In this document: positions 1-13,600 of the stretch, one piece after another
How positions within the stretch are numbered: position 1 is the first letter of the stretch
How the letters are laid out: every line of letters begins with the position of its first letter
From: Owenia fusiformis
Lineage: Eukaryota
NCBI GenBank assembly: GCA_903813345.2
Contig: CAIIXF020000001.1
Location: 32,240,001 to 32,304,000, forward strand
Direction of reading: 5' to 3'
Length of the DNA stretch: 64,000 bases
Position numbers and translations under genes: made by a program
The notes under the pieces: generated by a model
What the model was told of the DNA's origin: nothing
Seen by the model: the letters and a program-made list of their open reading frames with translations, nothing else
The model's database searches: none

Positions 1-1525
1 TCAGGGATAACTTATGAGTGCATACAGATGTGGATGAAAAAAAATTAACTCGATACCTACTTCCTGTCGGCCATTTTGAAGTCAAATGCTAAAATCCTTG
101 TCTGCAAACTTTAAGAAAAACGGCTTCACAGTTGCTTTTAAAACTTTAACATCTTGTTCAGCTCACTTCATTCTAGATCTGATTAGGTTTTGGACCTGTT
201 AGCTCAGTCATGTCAGCCATTTTGAATGTCTTAAGAAAAGTTAGCGCACGATAATACTTTGTATCATATTGAATGGTGTTTTTGAGTTTTCATATTCTAA
301 CTATTTAGTAGCTTTATAAATAATTTCAGATGTACTTTGTTGTTAAAGCCTATGTTGTTGTTAACAGTATTTATATGTGATAATTTTGTAAAAAGAAATC
401 AGCAAAAACTCATGATCACTTTTTTATTGTCAGCCATTTTGGATTTTTCCGTCCTAAAATCTTGTCTGTGGAGTCTTGTCTACGTGTTTTCAGGTGAACC
501 GTTTGGTGGATCAATTCTTGATTTTCAGGGATGATTCTTAGTATAAAAATCTAGATCTGATTAGTTTTTTGGCATTCTGGGTAAATGTCAAGGCAGCCAT
601 TTTGGATTTTCCGTCCTAAAATCTTGTCTGTAAAGTCTTGTCTACGCATTTTCAGGTGAACTGTTTGGTAGATCAATTTCAATTTTTCAGGGATGATCAT
701 TAATATGAAAATGTACAACTGATTAGTTTTTTGGCATTCTGGGTAATTGTCAAGGCAGCCATTTTGGATTTTCCGTCCTAAAATATTGTCTGTAAAGTCT
801 TGTCTACGCATTTCCAGGTGAACAGTTCTGTAGATCAATTTCAAGTTTTCAGGGATGATTCTTAGTATGAAAATCTAGATCTGATTAGTATTTGGGCATT
901 CTGGGTAAATGCCAAGGCAGCCATTTTGGATTTTCCGTCCTAAAATCTTGTCTGTAGAGTTTTGTCTACGCATTTCCCGGTGAACCGTTTGGTAGATCAA
1001 TTTCAAATTTTCAGGGATGATTCTTAATATGAAAATCTAGATCTGATCAGTTTTTTGGCATTCTGGATAAATGTCAAGGCAGCCATTTTGAATTTTCCGT
1101 CTTAAAATCCTGCCCGTTAAGTCTTGTCTATGCGTTTTTAGGTGAACCGTTTTGTAGATCAATTTCAAATTTTCAGGGATGATTCTTAGTATGAAAATCT
1201 AGATCTGATTAGTTTTGGCATTCTGGATAAATGCCAAGGCAGCCATTTTGGATTTTCCGTCTTAAAATCCTGCCCGTAAAGTCTTGTCTACGCGTTTTTA
1301 GGTGAACCGTTTTGTAGATCAATTTCAAATTTTCAGGGATGATTCTTAGTATGAAAATCTACATCTGATTAGTTTTTTGGCATTCTAGGTAAATTTTAAG
1401 GTGGCCATTTTGGATTTTCCATCATCAAATTGTGTCGGTAAAGTCTTGTCTACTCATTTTTAGGATAACCATTTGACAGGATCACCCATAAGTGGGGACA
1501 TTTTGTACACATTTGTGTTCTTGTT
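1..1525 (+). mobile_element. Helentron/HINE-like non-autonomous element (3' part) with a ~162-bp central tandem array
   Basis: Unit starting cagccattttggattttccg recurs at 431, 594, 756, 918, 1080, 1240 and ~1402. Ends in a short hairpin-like stretch and ttcttgtt. Confidence 0.65.
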
Positions 1526-1669
1526 AAATTTTGTAAGCCTATGGCACCCTTTCATTCATTTACAGCAACGCACACAGTGTAGAGACTGGAATATATCATA
1601 CTTCTCTACTTTGTAGGGAGGGAAACTATTTAATACTCGTGTAAATAATTGAAATGCTATTTCTTTCAG

Positions 1670-4600
1670 GATTCTAGCCATGGATGGACATAATATAGAG
1701 GCCCAGAAGTATATCATACTTCATCTACTCTGTAGGGAGGGCAACTATCAAGAAGTAAGAGCTTTTGTGAGATCATATTGAGAAACACAAGATAAATGTC
1801 AGAAAAACACAAATTACAGGAGAACACATTAATATTTATAACAATTGGCAACTACCATTGAATTAAATTTGCAGTTCTCACTTAAGATTCTTATAATGAA
1901 AAATTGCCTGATGAGATACTTAACAATTTTATATATTGAGCTAAAATAAAACTTTGTAAATGAAGTTAATGACAGAACTCAATGTTATTAGGCTGCAGAA
2001 AAGCTTGCTGACCTGTTACAAGATATGGACAGAAATGAACCACAGAATGGCCAACTGTTCTATGAGATGTCACAAGTCTTCTGTAGACTGGTAGGTTAAA
2101 GTCCCCATGTAAAGTTTAAACCACTTTGGCTTATACTGTAGTCTTACCCAATGTTATCAAAGTGTGATATGTGAAACTTTTTTAATTTCAAAAAGTGGTT
2201 TTTGAACGACTTTTCCTTAAAAAATTGTGAATTTATTTAAAACTAACTTTTAGAGGTCACACATATCTTTTGATAAGCCACAATTCATACCAATGCATAG
2301 TTGGAAAGAAAAGTGGTTCATAAATAAGCGAGAAATGAACTCATCAGTGCATGAAATGGTTCAGAGAAATGTTAGTTCTCATAGAAACCAATGGTACAAT
2401 GATACATAATTTATTCTTCCTTTTAACCTGGTTAGACAATTGACATTGGTTTATTATTGAAGTTTAGCATATTTTGAAAAGATTGACATAGTATTTTTTT
2501 CTGTTTTTGCCACCTGAGTGAGTCATAATGACATCAATAATGTTGCAAAATATTTTTGATATGCTAAAACATTGATATGGCCCATTAAATATGGCATTTT
2601 ATTATTGAAATAGTGTGTCCTTTGTTCAATCTTTGCAGTGGACGTTAAAAAGAAATGCTCACAACTTTTCTTGATGATTAAAAAATTTCAACTTTTTTTC
2701 AAAAATGGCGGGAAATTTGAATATTTGAGAAATGAAATGCTCACAACTTTTTTTTCAAAAATCTCTAAAATAACTTATGAAGTCATGACAAATTGTAAAT
2801 GAATGATAAAAAAATATTTTCAAACTTTACATTGGGACTTGAAGCAATTTATTTTCCCGATTACATGTAAATGCATTGCAATGTACTGTACTGCATCGTA
2901 CCATTACTACCATACATGCCATACATTTACTGTACCATACTGTACATTTAACTCATCTGGTAATAAAAGATGACAAATGTAGCTTTGGTAAAACTATAAC
3001 GATTTTCTATTCCTTATCCAAATCGGATGAATTTGTAATTAGTGGTATAATAAGCAAATGCCTATCCTAATCATAAAGACATGTTAGTGGTGGTGATGAA
3101 AATCACAAATTGTATACATATATTTAAAGTGTTTAAACACAAAAAAGTAAGAAATATGTTTATTTGAAAACAATCTTGCAGTAGCACAAAAGAATAAAAA
3201 GCAACTATGAAGCTATGATTTTAGACTAATCAGGCTTTTACAAAAAGGAACATTTGTTTTGTTTTAGCACTACTTAAGGTCTGAGCTTTTATCTGATCAG
3301 TTTACTATTAACATACATTTTTACTTCATGCAGTGTGGTAGGAATTCTGCAGTGCTTCAACAGACCTTCTTCATGTGTGAGAGGGCTGTAGGACTGGACA
3401 ACTCCAATGCTGACTTTGTTACTGAGATGGGCTATGAGTATTTCATACAGGGAAAGATCAGGGATGCTACCAAGTGCTACAGGAATGCTATGAAGCTGGA
3501 TGAAACAAGTGTACAGGCTCTCACAGGTACGTCTAACAGTACATCTAAGAGTCATCTGATTTGATGATATTAGATCTCTATGTTTATCACACCACCAGTG
3601 TTGTTATCACATCACCGGTTTTATATAGTTATTATTATGTTGGTGGCATAATCGTGGTTATTATCATGAGGCATCCCACTTTTTTGTCATCGTGATTCCA
3701 GGACAACTGCATATTGGATTCATATACATGATAGAGGATACCAAATTCTAGAGCTGATTAACTTTTTGGCAGCCATCTTGTTTTCTGGTGGCCATTTCAG
3801 AATTTTTTTAACAAATCTTACCATCCCATTTCCAGGAAAACTGCTCATTGGATTGTTCTCTTTGAACAAAATAGAGGATACCATGTTCTAGTGCTGATTA
3901 ACTTTTGGGTGGCCATCTTGTTTTCTTGTGGCCATTTTTGAAGTTTTTAAATAAATCTTGTCATCGCAATTCTTGGAAAACCACTCATTGAATTTTCTTT
4001 GAATTAATACACATGATAGAGGATGTTAATGCCTTGTGTGTCTGTTTGGTGCAGTGATTTCATTAATGTCAGTTGTGCCTTGTTTATTGTTTATTCATTT
4101 TAATTTTATACAACAGGCAACAGCCATAAATGCAAAATATTAGAGAGATCTTCCAACCTTTGATCGACAGAAAACTTCATCCAAAATAAAAAAGAAGAAT
4201 TGTAAAAGTCAAAGTAAACCTATAAGATAATGAGACTTATATACACTTAACAAACAAAGCATTACTGCTGAAGTTTGATTTTTATATTAATTTGTAAAAA
4301 GTGGTTGATAAGCCCAAGGTGGGCTGGGTAAATTGTATTACACTGTATTACTGATGTATATTGCATGTAAGACCAACCACTATAATATGAAATAAACTAA
4401 ACTAAACTAAACTAAACCATTATTATAGTAGCATCTCATAATGTTAATATGTTTATATTCTAGCTCAACAAAGATATAGAAAAGTGTGTGACCAGCCAAA
4501 TCTGATAGGTCATAAAATAAGATGTAGAATAAGAATCAAGATTATTATGATTTGGATAATTATGATAAATAATTTGTGTGCATTTTTCATTTGTTTCGTT

Positions 4601-7600
4601 TTGTTGTATAGATAATTAATATAAGATTTTGCCTCTTTCCAAGTGCTTTCAATATTATAAATGATACTGTTTGTGAACATCTTTCTGGAATGAATGAACA
4701 CCTCTCTTCAGGAATACCTAAATGTCACAAATACAATCATGTTATCAAAATCTTTTAATGAAAAAACCTCCTCATGTGAACGGTCTAAACCAGTCTTGGA
4801 TTACATTCATGTTTTGCTATATTCCATTTAACTGAAGGCAATGTTTCTATAATGCAGTGTATTCAAACTCACCAACTGAATTGAAAAAGAACAAACTAAT
4901 CAAATATCAGTATTTAATAATGAGACAATACTTTCAGGTATAATCCAGTGTCAGTTGACAGATAATCAACTAGAAGATGCATCCCAGCAGCTAGAATTTC
5001 TTAATGAAATACAGCAGAGTGTTGGCAACTCAGCGGTAACTTTTAACCTTTACTAACTTATTATCCGACCGAACGAAGTTCGAGGGGGATATAGAAAAGC
5101 CGTCCGTCCATCCGTTCGTCCGTCCGTTCGTCCGTCCGTCCGTTCGTGTGTCCGGGCAATAACTCAAATACCGGTTGACGGATTTCATTCAAATTTTATA
5201 GGCTTATGCCTTATGGGTGTAGGACCTCTGCTCAAGAAGGAATTTTCAATATGGCCACTAAATTCAAAATGGCCGCCATTTTTTCGTAAAAAATATAATC
5301 TTTGATTACTCAAATACTAGTGGATGGATTTGCTTCAAATTTTATATGCTGTTGCCCAGGTACAAAGGAGCCTTGCTGAAGAAGACATTTTCAAGATGGC
5401 CACCATATTTCAAAATGGCGGCCATTTTTTGTAAAAAAACGTTATCTTTGATAACTCAAGGTACCATAGAATGGATTTGGATCAAATTTTATATGCTGTT
5501 GCCTGGGTACAAAGGAGCCTTGCTCAAGAAGACATTTTCAAGATGGCCACCATATTTCAAAATGGTGGCCATTTTGGTAGCTCAAATACCATTGAATGGA
5601 TTTGGTTCAAATTTTACATGCTGATGCCTAGGGACATTGGAGCTCTGTTCGAGAAGGGATTTTCAAGATGGCAGCTAAATTTCAAAATGGCCGCCATTTT
5701 TCATCAAAGAATGTAACCTTTGATAAAAGTACCAGTTGACGGATTTGGGTTAAATGTATATGCTGATGCCTTTTGGCATAGGAGCTCTGCTAAAGGAAAA
5801 ATCTAAAGATGACAGCTGAATTTCAAAATGGCAACCATGTTTCATAAAAACACAATCTTTGATAATTCAAATACCAGTGGATGAATTTGGCTCAAATTTT
5901 ATATGGCCACTATTCACCAAAACATGTTTTGTTCGGTGGGATTTGCTACTCCGTGGAGTTGCTGTTTTTCTAGTATGTAACTTTACTCTATGACATCTTT
6001 TAACAAACCACTGCAGTGGACCATGCTTTCATAAGTACATTGAATAAACTAATTCTGAAAATCCTACAAGACTTTGTAAACATTGCCAGCTACTTCCTGT
6101 TCAGTATTCTAATTTCTTTGGTGCTCTCCAAATGAATCCAGCTATACATCACTTATCTTCCTATATCTTTTTGGCTGAGTTTTTGAACAAAACATTAACA
6201 TAATTGGACATTGACAGAACCTTTTGATTATGTACATGTTACAGGAGCTGAGCTATTTGACAGCTGTATTGGCCAGGAAGAAGTCAGAGGCTCCTGAGAA
6301 AGTAACTGAACTCTTGAAGGCTTCAGTTGAGAAACACTTTGCTGGCATTAAGGTACACATTTGTAAACAAACTTTTGTGACATTTCAAGCCTTGGGATAA
6401 AATATAATATTTTTAACATTTTCTGTATTCTAATACATTTAAGTATTAAAAATTATATTCAATAATTGCACTTTATAACATTCAGCTATATGTGATTATA
6501 TCTATTTACTTATTATTTCTATTTCTTTCTTTCTAGCTTTATATCTTGTCATCTTGATAAATACAAATATATGATATAATCTTTTGTATATTACCCTATA
6601 AAGGGTGAATTGAGAAATCAATAAATAAAAATAAAAAATATATACACCCATATGAAAGTAAACATGTGATAAATTAACAAAATAAAAGCTACTGTGCAAA
6701 CTGTATATGCATGTCTAATAATACAATATCTGTAATTTCCTAGCTCTCTCTTTGTTGACTACATCTAAATATATACAATCTATGATGAAACATTTGTTGT
6801 AGGCATTGTCCCTTAGCCCAGCTTATTATTTTCACTTGAACCCAGATTTCCTGATGCAGATTCTCAATGATTTCCTCATCTATGCACCACAGAAGGTAAG
6901 GTGTTTGACCCTCTTACCGAGATTTTCTCAAGACAGTCGTAAAGTAGTGTTTCAATTATTGTAAAGGAAGATGGGATATTAGGTTTCACTATGAATAAAA
7001 TGTCTCAAACAGCATCAAACAGCGCTATTCGTGAAACAGTGCTGGACAGCACTGTAAAAACAGTACTGTACATCACTGTTTTCAAAAACAGTGCCATATA
7101 GCGCTATACTTGTAATATTTATCTACTAAATCTAGGTATATGCAATGTAATTATTGCTGGAACATAAATATTAAGTAAGCATAGTGTCATCTACACTGGT
7201 CAGTATCAAGCAAAGGTAACGGCCGTAACCTTAGCATCAAAGATGGCGGATGGTAAGTGTTGATTTTGATATTTTTTAGTTTACATTGTTTCTATGTTAT
7301 AGTTGACGTAATGCTTTGATATTTGAACTGTATCAGGCATATATGTCATGGAAACTTTGGAGGATGAGCATTTGTTCATATACCATGTGTAGGCACCACT
7401 GTTCAAAGATATCTTCCACCGCTTAAGGGAAGGTAACTGGGATTTGGATTTTACAAATGATAAGATAACTGATATACGTTAGCTTCACTTGATACTGACC
7501 AGTGAACTAGACAGATGTTTATTTTCTGTTTATTCGTTTTATAGCGATGTACAGTGTTATTCTAGCATCACCTGTTTTGAACAGCGTAGTACAGTACTGT

Positions 7601-10600
7601 TTTTACAGCGCTATATGGCACTGTTTTTGAAAACAGTGATGTACAGTACTGTTTTTACAGTGCTGTCCAGCACTGTTTCACAAACTGATGCTGTTTGAGA
7701 TTGGCAGTTTATTAACGATATGGAGGTAGAATCTATAAACTTCATCAATTTGGAAAAATATGTTTTTTCATGTTTTAGTGAGGGTTTGTAGATTCAAGTG
7801 TTAAATGGAACTTGTATTATTACAGCCTGGATCTCCAGGGCAACCAGTTGATCCTGTGTTAAAGAGATGTAATGTTATCCTTGAGAGCATCACCCGGTCT
7901 GTACCTGGACTCTTAGAGGGTCTCTTCCTCATGGCTAAAGTCAAATACCTCTCAGGTAGACATTTAGCACATATCATATGAGTTACAATATATGCTCAAA
8001 TATAATGCACTTAGATAAAATGATAGTACAGGAAGATGTTGATAAAATATTAACACTGAAATAGTAGTGAACATACTAATACTTTGAGGAAAGTCAGGTT
8101 CTAAATTCTTCACACCATTTGAATTTTTTTTATCAATTACCAATAGACTAGATGCGAGTAGAAATGATCTTGATTTACGTCATTAAATATTCAAAATTCA
8201 GTCAAAGTGATGTCATATTTGAAATCTACATGTAAAAATACTTCTAAAAATATGGTTTCGAAAATTGTTTATCAACTTTGAAAATTTAATCTTTTTGAAA
8301 ATGTGACTTCTAGTTCGGGTTGATTTCCCATAGACTCCATATTAAAAAATCACAAAAAGTGAAATATCTTTTCTTGTATTGGACATTATATCATTTTCTT
8401 TTACTGGACATACTTTAATTTGCATAACTATTCGATACATAAGGGCTATATGAAAATCGAACCACTAAAACAGATCTAATTTAAATTAAAGGGAACTTTC
8501 TACTATACCCGCCATGCTATCTGACCCGAGCGTGCCACCTGGTGGTGAAACTGGTAACTACCTACTCGCATTTGCGTTATTCAAGTTTGACATCGGTCAT
8601 ATTGGGCAGAAATATACATGTATAAACCATATCTATACACATGTAGGTACATGTTAGATATACAAGTAGTTTAAAATGTGAATGTATTTCTTATAGGGGA
8701 CATTGATGCTGCCCAGAGTACCCTGCAGCACTGTCTGGACACTGATGCAACCTTCTCTGATGCACATATACTCATGGCACAGGTACTAATTAGGATGTAC
8801 AAGCAAAATTAATGTACTTTTAACATTAAGATAAGACTCACAATATCTTCATTATTCATTAATCATTCATGATTGATTAGGAAATATGAAATACATGTAC
8901 ATGTACTTCAACCAGTTCCATTCACTGTTCTGTGTTTAGATCTACCTATACCAGAACAACTTCAAACAAGCCAACCAGTCATTAGAGATAGGTCTGAGCT
9001 ATAACTTTGAGGTGAGAGACCACCCCATATACAACCTTATCAAGGCACGCATCCATCGCAAACAGGGAGAGAATGAAGAGGCAGTCAAGACACTACAGAT
9101 GGCCATGGCATTGCCAGGCATTAAGAAAAGTAGGATTAAATTAATGAGATTAAATATAAAGCTGACAAGTGTAATCATCAGACATGGATGTCCGTTAAAT
9201 GTTATGAAATGAATTATGTTCATTTGTCAGATATTAAAGAATTGTTCTTTAAAGTTCAACATTTGAAATGAATTCCTCACTCAGTAAACAAAATGAACTA
9301 CTTGCACCTTTTTCAATTTCCAATGACAATCAATTCACTTTCTACATGAACAATTTTTTTCATGCTTTAATTCCAGAAAAGAATACAAGCCCTTTAATTG
9401 CCTACACTGGGCCTCATATTAGAAAATATATTTCACATATACTTTTGTTTTTTTTCATTAAAATGATATTACATGTTATTTTACAAAAATTAGAAATTCA
9501 CATTTATTTTCACATTTACTGTTGACTTGCAGGTAGTAGGCATAGTGCTAGTAAAAAGGGGAAAGTTATCCAGCAGGTGAGCCTCAATGACCGTGTCTCA
9601 GTATTCCTGGAGTTAGCAGAGGCTCATAGAGCCCTAGGAGAACAGCATGAGGCAACTAAAGTCATGTCAGATGCAACAAATGAATTCCATGGAACTCCTG
9701 AAGAAATTCGTATAACAATTGCAAATGCTGAGATGTCAATTGATCGAGGTGATGTGGAGGGAGCACTGACTATGCTAAGGACAATAACTCCTGATCAGCC
9801 ATATTTTGTACAAGCTCGGGAAAAAATGGCAAATATTTATTTGAATCATCGGAAAGATAAACGACTTTATGCTAGTTGCTATAGGTACAGAACTTTTGTC
9901 ATGTATCTTTTTATTCTGTTCACCTTTTACTCTCGTCAACTCTTTTTCATGGTACCATATTACAAACCAAAAATAAAAAAGAGTATACTGTACACGTATA
10001 AGAAAAAAGATTTTAATACCCTTAAAACCTTAGACCTTAGTCTCTATTGTAATACTAAATCACTTATATGCTGTTTTGATTGTAGAGAATTAGTAGATAA
10101 AGCCCCCAGTCCCCACACATGTCTCCTTCTAGGGGATGCCTACATGAGCATCCAGGAGCCTGAGAAAGCTATTGAGGTCTATGAGACAGCCCTTAAGAAG
10201 AATCCTAAAGATGGTTCCCTGGCCAGTAAGATAGGTCAAGCTTTGGTGAAGACACATAATTATGGGAAAGCAATTAGCTATTACGAGGCTGCCCTAAAAT
10301 CTGGAGGTCAAAATTTCCTGAGGTAAATCTACAGCAGAAGTGGAAAATCTTTTAAAATATGAAATAAATCCTGTGTAATATCCCTTATCAGTATCCCTTA
10401 TCAGAATACCAGTAGTATTCTTCACTGATCAAGAAATGTGTCCATGTGTGATGTCAGAGTGCATTTAATTTGTTTATAAATGCACATGTCTGTTTCTAGG
10501 TATGATCTGGCTGAGTTGTTACTGAGGCTGAGGCAATATGAGAAAGCTGAAAAGGTCCTCAGGATAGCATTAGATACAGACACACCCAGTAAGTGGATCA

Positions 10601-13600
10601 TATGCATGTAGGTTGTAGTAGCATTAGATACAGACACACCTAGTAAGTGGATCAAAGGCATGTGGGTTGTAGTAGCATTAGATACAGACACACCCAGTAA
10701 GTGGATCATATGCATGTAGGTTGTAGTAGCATTAGATACAGACACACCCAGTAAGTGGATCATATGCATGTGGGTTGCAGTAGCATTAGATACAGACACA
10801 TCTAGTGAGTGGATCATATGCATGTGGGTTGTAGTAGCATTAGATACAGACACACCCAGTAAGTGGATCATATGTATGTAGGTTGTAGTAGCATTAGACA
10901 GACACACCAAGTAAGTGGATTATATGAATGTAGGTTGTAGTAGCATGAAACATAGACACACCAAGTAAGTGGATCATATGCATGTGGGTTGTAGTAGCAT
11001 TAGATGCAAACACACCTAGTAAGTGGATCATATGCATGTGGGTTGTAGTAGCATTAGATACAGACACACCTAGTAAGTGGATCATATGCATGTGGGTTGT
11101 AGTAGCATTAGATACAGACGCATCTAGTATGTGGATCATATGCATGTAGGTTGTAGTAGCATTAGATACAGACACACCAAGTAAGTGGATCATATGCATG
11201 TGGGTTGTAGTAGCATTAGATGCAAACACACCTAGTAAGTGGATCATATGCATGTGGGTTGTAGTAGCATTAGATACAGACACACCTAGTAAGTGGATCA
11301 TATGCATGTGGGTTGTAGTAGCATTAGATACAGACACACCTAGTAAGTGGATCATATGCATGTGGGTTGTAGTAGCATTAGATACAGACACACCTAGTAA
11401 GTGGATCATATGCATGTGGGTTGTAGTAGCATTAGATACAAACACACCTAGTATGTGGATCATATGCATGTGGGTTGTAGTAACATTAGATACAGACGCA
11501 CCTAGTAAGTAGATCATATGCATGTGGGTTGTAGTAGCATTAGATACAGAGGTACCTAGTAAGTGGATCATATGCATGTGATTTGTAGTAGCATTAGATA
11601 CAGACACACCTAGTAAGTGGATCATATGCATGTGGCTTGTACTGGCAAAAGTTACATACCTTACTCTTAAAAGCCAGTGAAAAGAATAGCCAACTTTGAC
11701 AGAATCAATGCTATGTGTGCTTTGTGATTTTCGACTTACTCTATAACACTCACCTCTTTACAGACCAAGACCTTGAGAGCATCATGGATGAGACGAAGTA
11801 CCTTGTGCTTCTATCTAAGGTGCATGCCAAGAGCAATAGACCAGATGACTCCCTCCTGGCATTAAAGAAGGGACATGACACACAGATCAGGGTCCTGAAG
11901 AGAGTCCAAGTAGAGCAACCCGACACACTCACTAAGCAAAGACAACTCATGTCTAGGTAGCATACTATATTCTCACTCTCGAATTCATATTTTTGTTATT
12001 ATTATAAAGTAACATTTCAGATAAGTGCAGTAGTTAAAATGCACTGTAGTAATAAAATGAACATATGCACAATGCAAGAGATCTTGGTTGATCATTTCAT
12101 GTGAGGGATTAGATGAAGCGAAAACTGATACTGAGTAGTGTGTTAAATGATTGCTACAAATAAAAGCATTTTCTGGACCAAATATTTGAAGTCCTTTGTT
12201 TTCATTGTTGGATATCTGGAAATACAATCTTACTTGAAGTCGTGTTGCTTTTGGGAGGTTTTTGCCTTTCATTCTGTATTGTTTAACTGATACTAACCGA
12301 TGTGCATTATTGCAGTATCTGTTGTCAGATGTCAAAACATTCATCAGATCAACGAGACTTCAAGAAAGCAATAGACTACTACAAGGAGGCTCTCACTTAC
12401 ACTGAGAATGATGCTAAGGTAAGGATTGTTCTTCTGGTCACATCTTAGCTGTCATTGCTCATTCTAACTACTCGAGACCAGCTAATCAAAATGACATTAC
12501 ATATACAGGTACATGCAAAGTTCTTTATTACATGTGCCAAAAAGTAATATGGCAGTGACTGTAAATTCAATTTTCACTCGACCCCCAGCAGAATTCTGTT
12601 CAGAGCTTTATACTGTTTTTTATTTCGCCACCACAAGTGATGGCATTGTTATAGTCTCCAGCTTTATGCGGATGGTGCTTGGTGGTCGTCAGTCATCATC
12701 TGTAAAAAATTGCAGATGGCGACAAATCCTTGGGGCTAGTTATAAACAAAAAATCATTATTTCTCTTAAGGGAATTTATCAAAAGAAATATACATTAATT
12801 TGTTGATTTCTACTCCATCAATTATTGATCTTAATGTAGGTGATGTTAGCACTCTGCCATCTGTACCTGCAAACTGAGGATTTGGACTCATGTCAACATC
12901 AGTGTATGAAACTGTTGCAGACAGACAAAGAGAATGATGCTGGCCAGGTGGTGAGTCACTCATCTCACTTGTCATTTTGAGTAATTGCACCTATTTATGA
13001 TTACACATTTCTCGCTTTCTTTGAATGGCTTAGGCCAGCAAGAAGTGGTCAGGAGAGAAGATACTATTTCACCTGCCTCAATTCTTAGTATGTCATGATT
13101 TACAGAATGACTACTTTTGTAGAATATTATGCTTTTTAGTCAATGTAGTGTGAAAATGTAATGTAATTTTTTGATTCACTTTCAAGATGATGGCTGACTT
13201 GATGTTCAGGAAGAATGAATATGACTCTGCCATGTACCATTTCCAACAACTCTTGGAGAGGAAACCTGACAACTTTGAGGCTTTAGCAAGGCTAGTTGAC
13301 CTGATGAGGCGTGCAGGCAAACTGGAAGAGGTGCCTAGATTCCTGGAACTTGCAGAAAATGCCTCATCCAGGGCCTCCATGGATCCTGGGTACAACTACT
13401 GTAAAGGACTCTTTGAATGGTAAAATTATTCTTTAATTATCCCAGTGAACAAAGTTAAGAGGGATGTAGATGTAGAGACGCAATTTGTTCATCCATTTGT
13501 TTGTCTGTCTGGGTGATAAGTTAGTATCGGGGCCCACTCAATTTTCACAACTGCTTCCTTAGAGAATAATCCACCTTGCAAAAACGAGTGTACATGTACA

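Noticed and set aside
337..844. Short ORFs in the opening tandem array (also 5346-5716, 26022-26364, 47239-47656, 59128-59587)
   Set aside because: They lie in non-coding repeat units and have no recognisable domains.
10422..11631. Long repetitive ORFs ([13 protein letters not shown] / [13 protein letters not shown])
   Set aside because: Side effect of a 54-bp (18-codon) tandem unit; no start context or independent gene evidence.
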